Shown here one piece after another: positions 52,939 through 61,770 of a stretch of DNA of 64,000 bases; the first letter of the stretch is position 1; the number at the start of each line of letters is the position of its first letter. Below the pieces are notes generated by a model. It saw nothing but the letters and a program-made list of their open reading frames with translations. It ran no database searches and was not told the DNA's origin. The stretch is from an uncultured Chloroflexia bacterium (GTDB lineage Bacteria > Chloroflexota > Limnocylindria > QHBO01), in the NCBI GenBank assembly GCA_963789435.1, contig CAWBKO010000001.1:174417-238416 (forward strand). The letters are read 5' to 3'. Both the position numbers and the translations under genes were made by a program.

Positions 52939-54569
52939 ATGCCGGACGCCGAGCTGATCGTCCACAACGGCCGGGTCTTCCCGTCCGGTCGACCGGGCTC
53001 GCGTATCGATGCCACCGCCACCGCCGTCGCGGTTGGCGGTGGCCGCATCGTGGCCGTCGGCGACGAGCGCCAGGCGCGGGAGTGGACCGCGCCGTCGACC
53101 ACGCTGTTCGACGCCGGCGGCGGCCTGGTGATGCCCGGCTTCGATGACGCGCACATGCACCTGCGCGACGGCGCGATCAGCCTGGAGCGGCTCGATCTCT
53201 TCGGCATGACGAGGCTCGACGCGGTCCAGGCGGCGATCGCGGCAGTACGCGGCGGCGCGGCCCGCACAGTCGTGGATCGCCGGTCGCGGCTGGCTCTACG
53301 CTGCGTTCCCGGGTGGCATGCCCACGCGCGAGCAGCTCGACGCCGTGGTGCCGGACCGGCCCGCCTACTTCGAGTGCTTCGACGGACACTCCGGCTGGGC
53401 GAACTCGCGCGCGCTGGATGCGGCCGGGATCTCCGACGAGACGCTCGACCCGCCCGACGGCCGCATCGTGCGCGATGCCGCGGGGCGCGCGACCGGTGCC
53501 CTCAAGGAACGAGCCGTCGAATTGGTCGACCGGATGCTGCCGGTGCCCGGCGAGGCTGAGATGCCGGATCTGCTCGAGCGCGCATTGCGTCGCGCCGCGG
53601 AGCTCGGGATCACGTCCGTCCAGGACGCGTGGGGACGGCCCGAGGACCTGCGCCTCCTCCGTCGTTTGGCGTCAGACGGCCGGCTTCCGCTCCGCGTGCG
53701 CCTGGCGCTCGACATGCTGCCCGGCGGCACCGGCTTCGTGGAGCAGCTCGACGAGTTCGAGGCGCTGCGGGCGGAGACAGCCCGACACGGCACGCCTGCG
53801 AACCGGGATCCTGAAGTCCTTCCTGGACGGCGTCGTCGAGGCAAGGACGGCGTACCTGCTCGAGCCGTATCCCGGAACCGATGCGCGCGGCGATCCGCGT
53901 TGGGATGACGATGACCTGCGCGAGGCGGTCGCGCATCGCGCACGCGCGTGGCTGGCAGGTGGAGCTGCACGCCATCGGCGACGCGGCCGTCCGCCAGGCG
54001 CTCGACGCCTACGAGGCGCTCGGGCCTGGCGCGGCCGCGACCAGGCGACACCGCGTCGAGCACATCGAGACGTTGCACCCGACCGACCTGCCTCGCTTCG
54101 CCGAGCTCGGCGTCGTCGCCAGCATGCAGCCGATGCACGCCGTGCCGGAGGCCAGCCAGGTCGACATCTGGCGCGAAAGCTGCATCCGCCGGTCGCAGCC
54201 AGCGGCTGGCGCCTCAAGAGCCTGCTGGACTCGGGGGCGGTGCTCGCGTTCGGCAGCGACTGGCCGGTCGTGCCGATCGATCCGCTGCTCGAGATCCATG
54301 CAGCGGTCAACCGCCGGACGCCGAGCGGGGAGCCGCCGGGCGGGTGGCTGCCCGCGGAGGCGGTCTCGATCGCCGATGCGCTTGCGGCCGCGACCTGGGG
54401 CAGCGCGTTTGCCGAGCACGCCGAGGCGGAGCGCGGCCACCTGTCGCCCGGCGCGCTGGCCGACCTGATCGTGCTGGATCGCGACCTGCTGCACGAGGAC
54501 GGCGGCGCCATCGCCGGCAGCCAGGTCATCCTGACGGTCGTCGACGGCGAGGTCGTGCACGCCGTCTGA
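52939..54569 (+). CDS. Amidohydrolase-3 family metal-dependent hydrolase (YtcJ-like), with about five frameshifts
   Basis: ELIVHNGRVF...LVMPGFDDAHMHL, WIAGRGW, FECFDGHSGWANSRAL, ELHAIGDAAV, RHRVEHIE, AFGSDWPVVPIDPL. Confidence 0.8.
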
Positions 54570-54572
54570 CTG

Positions 54573-55679
54573 CTAGCTCTCCGGGGGTGTCGCTGCTGCG
54601 CGATCGCCCTCTGCCCAGGGCATCAACGGTGGGGGTGTGAACGTCGCGGTGATGTCGATGCGTCGCCCGCCATCGGCAATGGACGCCGCCGCGGCCTCGA
54701 GGATCTCGACCACGTGGGCTGCCTGCTCCGCGCTGGCCCGGTGCGGTCGGCCCTCGGCGATCGCGTCGGCCATCTCAGCCACGCCGCGAGCCCACGCCGT
54801 GCCGCGAAACGGCGGGCGAACCGGGTCCAGCAGCTCGTAGCCTTCGCCGTAGGAACCCAGCTCGACGGTTGCATCGGCCTTCTCGAAGTTGCCGAGGGCG
54901 AGGGACGCGTCGTCGCCGTGGAACTCGATACCTTCGCCATTCTTCGCGGGCGTCCCGATGTAGAAGCTGCTCGTGAGCCGCATGACGGCTCCACCGTCGA
55001 GCTCGATGGCGGCGACGATGAGATCCGGACTACCGATGCGGAACGGCGTGCCGTCCAATGTCGTCCGGTCCGGCATGAGCTCCCAGCCCCACGCACGGAC
55101 CGAACGAGCCGGCCCCAGGATCGAGGTCACGATCGTCAGCGGATAGACGCCCACGTCGACCATCACGCCGACGTCGAAGAACGGCACCGGAGCCGGGTGC
55201 CACGCCTCGATCCGACCGTGGTTGACCTCGGCATACACCGCTCGAACCTGCCCGAGGCGGCCGCTCCGGACCACGGCGGCGGCCGTCTGCTGCGCCTCGC
55301 CCAGAAAGGTCGACGGCGAGCAGCCGAGCCGCAGCCCTCGCGACGCGGCGAGCGCGACCAGCTCCTGCGCCTCGCTCGAGCGGAGCGCCATCGGCTTCTC
55401 GCTGTACACGTGACGCCCCGCCTCGAGGGATCGCTTCGTCACCTCGTAGTGGGCGTGGTGGATGGACAGGTTGACGACGATGTCGACCGACGGGTCGGCC
55501 AGCAGCTCATCGAGCGAGCCGTGGATCGGGCAGCCGTGCTCCGCGCCGAACGCCGCAGCCTTCTTGGCGTCCAGGTCGGTCGCGGCCGCCAGCCGGATCT
55601 GCGGGTGGGTCAGGATGTTGGTGGCATAGGCGCCCGCGATATTGCCGGTGCCGACGATGCCGAGGCCGAGAGGCGTCAC
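54573..55679 (-). CDS. Gfo/Idh/MocA-family NAD(P)-dependent oxidoreductase, 368 aa, intact
   Basis: LGIVGTGNIAGAYATNI Rossmann motif, EKPMALRSSEAQELVALAASRGLRLGC. Confidence 0.85.
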   Translation of the reverse strand: MTPLGLGIVGTGNIAGAYATNILTHPQIRLAAATDLDAKKAAAFGAEHGCPIHGSLDELLADPSVDIVVNLSIHHAHYEVTKRSLEAGRHVYSEKPMALRSSEAQELVALAASRGLRLGCSPSTFLGEAQQTAAAVVRSGRLGQVRAVYAEVNHGRIEAWHPAPVPFFDVGVMVDVGVYPLTIVTSILGPARSVRAWGWELMPDRTTLDGTPFRIGSPDLIVAAIELDGGAVMRLTSSFYIGTPAKNGEGIEFHGDDASLALGNFEKADATVELGSYGEGYELLDPVRPPFRGTAWARGVAEMADAIAEGRPHRASAEQAAHVVEILEAAAASIADGGRRIDITATFTPPPLMPWAEGDRAAATPPES

Positions 55680-55712
55680 GATCGGAGAGGCTACGACAGT
55701 TGCGATGCCCTA

Positions 55713-56482
55713 TCGTGGCGCCATGCGACACGACCAGATCGCGCTCCAGCTCTACACCGTCCGCCGGCTCGCCGCGGACGGACCTGGCCGGAACGCTGCG
55801 GGCTGTCGCCGCCGCCGGCTACCGGGCGGTTGAGCTTGCGGGGTTGCCCGAGACCCCGCCGGACGAGCTGGCGCGGCTGCTGGACGATGCAGGCCTTCGG
55901 GCCGTTGCCGCGCACGAGGGCATCGAGCTGCTGCGCGACGGATCGCCCCGCGGTCGCCGACCGGCTGGCAACGGTCGGGTGTCCGCTGGTGATCGTGCCC
56001 TGGATGCCGGAGGAGGACCGCCGCACCGCCGACGACGTGCGCCGCTTTGCGGCCGAGCTTGGAGAGTTCGCCAAACGGCTCGCGGAGCGCGGGATGCAGC
56101 TCGGCTATCACAATCACGCGTTCGAGTTCGAGCCTCTCGACTGCGCGACGGTCTGGGACGTCCTGCTGGCCGAGCTCCCGCCCGAGGTTCAGCTCGAGCT
56201 CGACGTCTACTGGGCGGCGGTCGGCAGGGCGCGACCCACTCGCGCTCATCCGAGCGACGCCGGACCGCATCCGCCTGCTGCACATGAAGGACCGGGCGGC
56301 CGGTTCCGAGCCGCATGACGCGCCGGCCGGGCAGGGAACCCTGCCGTTCCCGGACATTGTCGAGGCGGCCCGGTCAGCCGGGCGTCGACTGGTTCGTCGC
56401 TGAGCAGGACGAGCCCGATGACGTTCTCCACGACATCAAGCTGGCATTCGAGTACCTCGAAGGCCTCGCACTGGTGCACTGA
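55713..56482 (+). CDS. Sugar-phosphate isomerase/epimerase (xylose-isomerase-like TIM barrel), with about three frameshifts
   Basis: IALQLYTVRR, GYRAVELAG, LGYHNHAFEFEP, LELDVYWAAVGG, LLHMKD. Confidence 0.75.
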
Positions 56483-56502
56483 CCGCCTGTCGAAGGCGCC
56501 CA

Positions 56503-56799
56503 TCACGAGGCCGCGCGCTGGTGCCTCTCCGTGATCCGACGACGCCTCCATGGCTCGAAGGCCGGATGTCCGTGCTTGCGTTTCCAGGCGAGAAGGATGT
56601 CGCCGCCCTGCGGAGTGCTGGCGGCCTGCTTGAGGGTAAGACCGGCCGGTAGCTGCCGCACCAGTTCGGACAGCCGCTCATGAAGCTCGGTCAGCTGTTC
56701 TGCGGTTGGTGAAGGTCGGTCCAGCTTCACTGCTCGAGTCTCCAGGACGATCCGACCGAGGCGACTGGGGGCACATCTCGCCCTCGGCCGGATCATCAC
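56503..56799 (-). CDS. Hypothetical protein (98 aa) at the edge of the lower-GC islet
   Basis: ORF only: VKLDRPSPTAEQLTELHERLSELVRQLPAGLTLKQAASTPQGGDILLAWKRKHGHPAFEPW. Confidence 0.3.
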   Translation of the reverse strand: MMIRPRARCAPSRLGRIVLETRAVKLDRPSPTAEQLTELHERLSELVRQLPAGLTLKQAASTPQGGDILLAWKRKHGHPAFEPWRRRRITERHQRAAS

Positions 56800-57028
56800 G
56801 ACGGTATCCGCGACCGACCCGACGGACCATCCGGGAAAGCACGGAGTCGCCTACCCAATCGCGACTCCGGATGCGGTGATGTGCGGTGGAGCACCGATGG
56901 AGTGGCTGTATGAAGGAGCGAAACCCTACCTATCCGCACCTCACCACACTTGACAGCACTCCGTACTCTTCCATTCCCGGCGGTGCCCCCGCCTCGCCTG
57001 AAGCAGCGTGCCCTGAAGGACGTGGGAC

Positions 57029-57130
57029 ATGGAGCTGCTGTTGGTGCCGGATTTGGCCATGATCGGGGCGCTCGTCGGCCTCGTCGCGCTGGTCCTGGTG
57101 TTTCTCAAAGCGACACGGCCGGCCGCATGA
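57029..57130 (+). CDS. 33-aa single-TM hydrophobic peptide, translationally coupled (ATGA) to the next ORF
   Basis: GAAGGA 8 nt before ATG. MELLLVPDLAMIGALVGLVALVLVFLKATRPAA. Uses TTG Leu codons that are rare elsewhere in the window. Confidence 0.35.
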   Translation: MELLLVPDLAMIGALVGLVALVLVFLKATRPAA

Positions 57131-57351
57131 ACCCGGTCCGCACGATGCGCCTCGCCTGCTCGGGATTCTCGACGGACGTGCGGCTGACACAGCTGCACGG
57201 GCGCTGGGTCGCATCTGCGGATACGCCGGACGGACCAAGCCTCGGGATGGGATGGTTCCCGGTCGATGCGCTGGAAGAGGCACTCGAGCCCTTCGATGGC
57301 TTCGTCGAGGAATTGATGGCCACGGTGCCCGAGGATCTGAATTGGCGCTAG
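57127..57351 (+). CDS. Hypothetical 74-aa protein downstream of the TM peptide
   Basis: MNPVRTMRLACSGFSTDVRLTQLHGRWVASADTPDGPSLGMGWFPVDALEEALEPFDGFVEELMATVPEDLNWR. Confidence 0.4.
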   Translation: MNPVRTMRLACSGFSTDVRLTQLHGRWVASADTPDGPSLGMGWFPVDALEEALEPFDGFVEELMATVPEDLNWR

Positions 57352-57519
57352 ACCGCCGGCCACTGCATTGCTCGATGGCTCAGGGAGAGGGCCGGAATGG
57401 AAGGTACCCGTTCCGACCCTCCCCCTGCGGCATGTGAGCAGGAGGCCGCGCTTCCCGGCGGCTTCCGCTAGCGTCGACCGATGCGCTTACCGGCCGCCCG
57501 CGCCGTCATCCTGGCGGCG

Positions 57520-58024
57520 TCAGTGCGGCGCAGAGGTCGGTGGCGTTACCCCGAAAACTGTGAGCGGTCGCGGTGAACGTTGCGTCAAGCTCGTCGTGCA
57601 AATGGCCGCGGAATAGCCACTGCGAGGGTCCCCCACGTCGGTCGGGAAGTACCCGGCGATGACGGTGCCATTGATGATCGCGTCGATGGTCCCATCCGCG
57701 TGGAAGACCAGATCCTGGCGGTAGCCACCGCGGACCAAGACCGACATGTCCGGCGAGTCGAGATTGGTCACCGTCCCGCGGGCTCGGCCTACGTTGCGGA
57801 CGACAACATCGCCATTAGGCTGCTCCGGGAATACGAGCTGATTCCCTCCCGCGGCAATGTCCCACTCGACCTCGAAGTCGCAAAGCAATCCGGCGGGCCA
57901 AATCACCGTAAACCCCTCCAGGGGCGTTCGCTCCGGCCCGGCCGCCAAGTGCGGGACTGGCCGTGAGGGCGGCGAGGCAGGCCGCCGCGCCCGCCCTCCG
58001 AAGGTAGGTAGGTAGGCGTCGCAT
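57520..58024 (-). CDS. Secreted hypothetical protein (signal peptide). Frameshift ~57900
   Basis: GGAGGT RBS. MRRLPTYLRRAGAAACLAALTASPA... then GFTVIWPAGLLCDFEVEWDIAAGGNQLVFPEQPNGDVVVRNVGRARGTVTNLDSPDMSVLVRGGY. Confidence 0.45.
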
Positions 58025-58227
58025 TGGATGGGCACCTCCGTTACGCGACGGGTCGGGTTCGCCAGTGGCTCGGCGCGGCTTCGGGCAGCGTGGGCGACCA
58101 AGGGTTGAGAGCCGCGTGTCAGTGCACCCCGTCAGTTTGCGCACGATGAGCGGCGCCTGGGCCCTCGGTCAAGAGGACAAGCGCTCGCCGCGTACGTGAA
58201 GCTAGAGATTCTTGAGCAGCGGCGGCA

Positions 58228-58479
58228 TCAACCTGCGTTGGGGACCGCTGGCCCTGTCGCCGCCGCCGCTCTGCTTTCGCACAGCCGACACATGGCATCG
58301 TCATCCGGAACGTCGGAGCGCATATCCAGCGGGGTGACAAAGAAGCGTTGGCAGGCGGTCCCGACAGCAGTTTCGTTGACCGATACGGCTCGATGCCACA
58401 GTGGTTGCTCGACATCCTTATTTTCCCTACCGGGTGACAGGTGCCGTCGAACCCACGCGACCTCGGCCGGTAGTTCCAT
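58228..58479 (-). CDS. Hypothetical small protein
   Basis: ORF only (MELPAEVAWVRRHLSPGRENKDVEQPLWHRAVSVNETAVGTACQRFFVTPLDM...). Confidence 0.2.
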   Translation of the reverse strand: MELPAEVAWVRRHLSPGRENKDVEQPLWHRAVSVNETAVGTACQRFFVTPLDMRSDVPDDDAMCRLCESRAAAATGPAVPNAG

Positions 58480-58484
58480 GTCGT

Positions 58485-58706
58485 TCACAGCGGAGCCTTG
58501 CGACCGTACTTGAGTGTCCACTTGGTGCGAGCCCGCTTGCCCGCCCGCGAAGCGATTGCATCGGAGACAGTGCTGTCAGGCGGCATCGCGGCAAGCACCG
58601 CCATGACGGCCTGGTAGAACTCCATTTCCTGGCGCCGCAGCTCGGTCGATTCCGTGCTCGGGTGCCCTTCCTCCATCGTCATCGCCGCCGGCTCTATGCA
58701 ACCCAC
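58485..58706 (-). CDS. Hypothetical small protein
   Basis: ORF only (MTMEEGHPSTESTELRRQEMEFYQAVMAVLAAMPPDSTVSDAIASRAGKRARTKW). Confidence 0.2.
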   Translation of the reverse strand: MGCIEPAAMTMEEGHPSTESTELRRQEMEFYQAVMAVLAAMPPDSTVSDAIASRAGKRARTKWTLKYGRKAPL

Positions 58707-58819
58707 ATGCCGATGCGTCGCACTCGAGCCGCACGTGATCTGCCACGAGCCGGCGGTCCAACTACCTCCCCTGAGGTCGGTCCGCCGGCTCGTTCGTTTA
58801 CCCCTGTTTGTCGCCCAGC

Positions 58820-59074
58820 AGGCGCTGTGCCGTGCCCGAGGGGATCAGGTAAGGAACGCGTCCTCGATTCTCCATTCGTGGTCCTGGCGCATTCGAGGCA
58901 GTCCACCAGGATCTGCTGTTGAGCGGATACCCTCGGCACGCCGGACAGCTCAAACCCGGTATCCGCGGCATCGCCGGTCGCCGGGCACACGATCATCAGC
59001 CGCCGAAGCAGAGTCCCGTGACGGGCACGCCACTCGGCCGAGTATGCTGCCCGTTCGTCATGCACCACGCTCAT
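58820..59074 (-). CDS. Small Cys-motif protein (CPxTG...CxxC), paralog of 59304..59480. 3' end uncertain
   Basis: MSVVHDERAAYSAEWRARHGTLLRRLMIVCPATGDAADTGFELSGVPRVSAQQQILVDCLEC. Confidence 0.35.
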
Positions 59075-59303
59075 TGCGTAACCCCCAATGCTGTGTTTTT
59101 CGGCAGGCGCCGAAAGCAACCCGCATGCCAGCCAGTCCGGTGGCGATGCTCAGGCATCGGAGCGCGCCAGCTCGCCTGCCGGGCCGGCAAACGCCAACCT
59201 CCTTGACCGGCGTACCCATGCGGAGCGCAACCCGGAATAGTGGGGGCCTTGTGGATCGGCCTTGCCGGGACCACAGTCACCGTCCCATGTCGAGGAGGGA
59301 CCG

Positions 59304-59480
59304 ATGGCACCGGTGCTCATCTCATGTCCCATCACCGGACGGCTGGTTCCGACCGGTATCGAGGCCGAGTCTGAGGACGACCTGGACACGGCAGGTCACG
59401 TCCTGTTGGCATGTCCTGACTGCGGCGGCGACCATCCGTGGGACTCTACGGACGCGGCGCTGGCGCCAGAGGCGACTTAG
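59304..59480 (+). CDS. Small zinc-ribbon-like protein (CPITG...CPDCGG), paralog of the divergent minus-strand ORF
   Basis: AGGAGG RBS 5 nt before ATG. MAPVLISCPITGRLVPTGIEAESEDDLDTAGHVLLACPDCGGDHPWDSTD. Confidence 0.45.
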   Translation: MAPVLISCPITGRLVPTGIEAESEDDLDTAGHVLLACPDCGGDHPWDSTDAALAPEAT

Positions 59481-59512
59481 CGTTCGGCTAGTCCTTCGGA
59501 GGGAGACTCGAA

Positions 59513-59537
59513 GCAAAAGACCGCCAATATGGCGGTC
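59513..59537. terminator. Hairpin (GACCGCCA-ATA-TGGCGGTC) with flanking T/U tracts. Terminator for tRNA-Val and possibly bidirectional
   Basis: On the minus strand the stem is followed by UUUUGCUUCG, immediately 3' of the tRNA. On the plus strand it follows the 59304..59480 ORF. Confidence 0.5.
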
Positions 59538-59560
59538 ATTTCGTGCTCAGATCGGTGTGA

Positions 59561-59637
59561 TGGTGGGCGACACTGGACTCGAACCAGTGACCTCTTGCAT
59601 GTCAAGCAAGTGCTCTAACCAGCTGAGCTAGCCGCCC
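59561..59637 (-). tRNA. tRNA-Val (anticodon GAC) with encoded CCA
   Basis: GGGCGGCTAGCTCAGCTGGTTAGAGCACTTGCTTGACATGCAAGAGGTCACTGGTTCGAGTCCAGTGTCGCCCACCA folds as a cloverleaf: 7-bp acceptor stem, D-arm GCTC/GAGC, anticodon stem CTTGC/GCAAG with loop TTGACAT, and T-arm ACTGG-TTCGAGT-CCAGT. Confidence 0.9.
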
Positions 59638-59773
59638 ATCGATTTCGTGCTCCCGGATGAACACTTGCCTGTCAGCTGGGTGCTCATCGGGCCGGAGCGA
59701 AATGGTATCAGAGCATGTGGCTGAGCGCGACCGGACAGCCGGCAGCACAGCGCTGCGCTGGAACTGCTTGCCG

Positions 59774-60214
59774 CTAGCGGCCTGCCGTCACCGCCATGAA
59801 CCCCGCGTTCACCTCGCCCTTGTGAGCTGCGAACGCTGCCAGAACTTCTTCCTTCTCCCGCTGGGGCACCTCGACGGCGTCAAGGGTCCGCCCGAGCTCA
59901 GCCGCGACTTCATCGAACTCGTCTGGCGAGATCTGAAGGTCGCGATGGGCTTCCTCAAGGCCGACCGACGTGCTCCCCGGTTTCGTGGCGGTGTACTCGA
60001 ACGGCCCGCCGGCGACATTGCAGACCCACAGCGTGCGCATGAACTTCAGGCCCGGCAGCCTGCCCAGGTTGTTCGTGTGCCATTCGCGCAGGGCCGGGTT
60101 TTCCGATTGCTGGCCAACGATCGGGTTCTGCACGACCGCATCGCTGAAATGGTCGACCACTGCTGCGATGGCGAAGACGCCCCCGAGCCGTTCGTACAAA
60201 CTTGCATCAGGCAT
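59774..60214 (-). CDS. Truncated hemoglobin (2/2 globin), 146 aa, intact
   Basis: SLYERLGGVFAIAAVVDHFSDAVVQNPIVG...LKFMRTLWVCNVAGGPFEYT...HRDLQISPDEFDEVAAELGRTLDAV. Confidence 0.8.
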   Translation of the reverse strand: MPDASLYERLGGVFAIAAVVDHFSDAVVQNPIVGQQSENPALREWHTNNLGRLPGLKFMRTLWVCNVAGGPFEYTATKPGSTSVGLEEAHRDLQISPDEFDEVAAELGRTLDAVEVPQREKEEVLAAFAAHKGEVNAGFMAVTAGR

Positions 60215-60387
60215 TGGTCATCTCCTCGGTGTCATGTCCAGTCGGGGTATCTCCATCCCCACGGTGCGTCGCGAGCGCCGCCCATACTAACGCTAGCAAT
60301 CCGTTTACCTTAGACCGGGGCACGCCCAAGGTCAACGAGAAATCGGAGGGTTCGGCACATATCCACCGCCGCCCTTACCATGCGGAT

Positions 60388-61104
60388 ATGGAGATGCCAC
60401 GCGGAACACGGGAGCTCGAGGCGATGGCCGCCCTCCGCGAGCCCACGCGACGCCGGCTGTATCAGTTCGTGGAACGCCAACCGGATGCCGTGAGCCGAGA
60501 CGAAGCGGCGAAAGCCATCGGCATCAGCCGCGCGCTCGCCGCGTTCCATCTTGACAAGCTCATCGAGGTCGGCGTGCTCAAGGCCGAGTATCGCCGCCTG
60601 TCCGGGCGAACCGGTCCGGGGGCGGGTCGGACCTCGAAGCTGTACCGGCGATCCCGTCATGACATCGCCGTAAGCCTGCCGCCCCGCGACCACCAGCTAC
60701 TGGCTCGCCTGTTGGCGGCGTCGATCGACTCGAGCGCCGAGGACTTCCCCGCCGCAGAGCCGGCACGCGAGTACGGGCGATCGCTCGGGCGGCGCGCCCG
60801 CAAGCGGCTCCGAGGACATCCGGGACCCGCCCGCCTCCTGGACTGCGTCGAGGCCGTGCTGGAACGCCTTGGATTCGAGCCGTATCGGCCGTCTCCGTCC
60901 GAGGTTCGACTTCGCAATTGTCCATTCGATCCCCTGTCACGCACCTACACGCCGCTCGTCTGTGGTGTCGGGCAGGCGGTCATCACCGGCGTCACCCAGG
61001 GTGTCGGCGCGCCGGAGTTGCGCATTGGTCGCCACCAGCAGCCCGACCGCTGCTGTGGCGTGGTCGCGTTGCCTTCCTCGAGCCACGACCCTTCGAGCGC
61101 CTAG
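60388..61104 (+). CDS. ArsR/SmtB-like winged-HTH transcriptional regulator with a C-terminal Cys-containing domain (NCPF motif)
   Basis: LREPTRRRLYQFVERQPDAVSRDEAAKAIGISRALAAFHLDKLIEVGVL...VRLRNCPFDPLSRTYTPLVCGVGQAVITG. Confidence 0.55.
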   Translation: MEMPRGTRELEAMAALREPTRRRLYQFVERQPDAVSRDEAAKAIGISRALAAFHLDKLIEVGVLKAEYRRLSGRTGPGAGRTSKLYRRSRHDIAVSLPPRDHQLLARLLAASIDSSAEDFPAAEPAREYGRSLGRRARKRLRGHPGPARLLDCVEAVLERLGFEPYRPSPSEVRLRNCPFDPLSRTYTPLVCGVGQAVITGVTQGVGAPELRIGRHQQPDRCCGVVALPSSSHDPSSA

Positions 61105-61226
61105 CTACCTCCGCGAGCACTGGCACCCCTCCTGCAGTCAACGGCTACTGATAGAAGCGTTGCCGCCCACCCTTTCGGATCGGGGAAAGCGATAACGCGC
61201 TAAAGCTGATCTAGCTGGAGGCTCTC

Positions 61227-61412
61227 ATGTGTCTTACCTGTGGATGCATGGATGCCCATCTTGAGATGGGCTCGTCCAACATCACCTACGAGGACGTCAA
61301 GGCTGCCGCCGATGAGAACGGGCGCACCGTGGCGGAGACGCTCGCGATCGTCGATCGAACGGTCGCCAAGGACCGCGGCGACCACGCGGCAGAGTACGAG
61401 CCCGGTTCCTGA
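61227..61412 (+). CDS. Small hypothetical protein with an N-terminal CxxCxC motif
   Basis: GGAGG RBS 6 nt before ATG. MCLTCGCMDAHLEMGSSNITYEDVKAAADENGRTVAETLAIVDRTVAKDRGDHAAEYEPGS. Confidence 0.45.
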   Translation: MCLTCGCMDAHLEMGSSNITYEDVKAAADENGRTVAETLAIVDRTVAKDRGDHAAEYEPGS

Positions 61413-61436
61413 GCCCCGGCTGCTCGCGTTCCGCGA

Positions 61437-61697
61437 TCAGCGCTCCCAGTCGCTCGCGCGCGGGACGCCGGATCCCAGGACGCGGGCAATCTCGGCTCGG
61501 TATCGGCCACCCGACGGATGGCGCGCCAGCCAGCGCAGGTAGTCGGGATCGACCGAGGCGAGCTCGTCGAGCGTGCGCCCGGCGTAATGGCCGAAGTCCA
61601 GCGTGGTGGCGTCGAAGCTCGAGGCTGCACCCGGCCCCACCGGCACGCTCGGCTCGCGGCGGATCTCGAAGGCGCGCCGCTCATCGGAATCGTTCAT
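61437..61697 (-). CDS. Hypothetical protein, DUF3820-like (exodeoxyribonuclease-X C-terminal-like)
   Basis: FGHYAGRTLDELASVDPDYLRWLARHPSGGRYRAEIARVL. Confidence 0.4.
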   Translation of the reverse strand: MNDSDERRAFEIRREPSVPVGPGAASSFDATTLDFGHYAGRTLDELASVDPDYLRWLARHPSGGRYRAEIARVLGSGVPRASDWER

Positions 61698-61770
61698 CGC
61701 TCGGCTCCCGCTGCTTGCTCGTCCGGCGGGCATCCTAGCCGCAACCGGTGCGTGTTGGCAACGGACTCGC

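Noticed and set aside
56480-61430. Integrative element or prophage at tRNA-Val
   Set aside because: No integrase, recombinase, transposase or phage structural genes. Only an 8-nt partial match to the tRNA 3' end was found as a candidate att repeat. Kept as a lower-GC islet finding, not called as a mobile element
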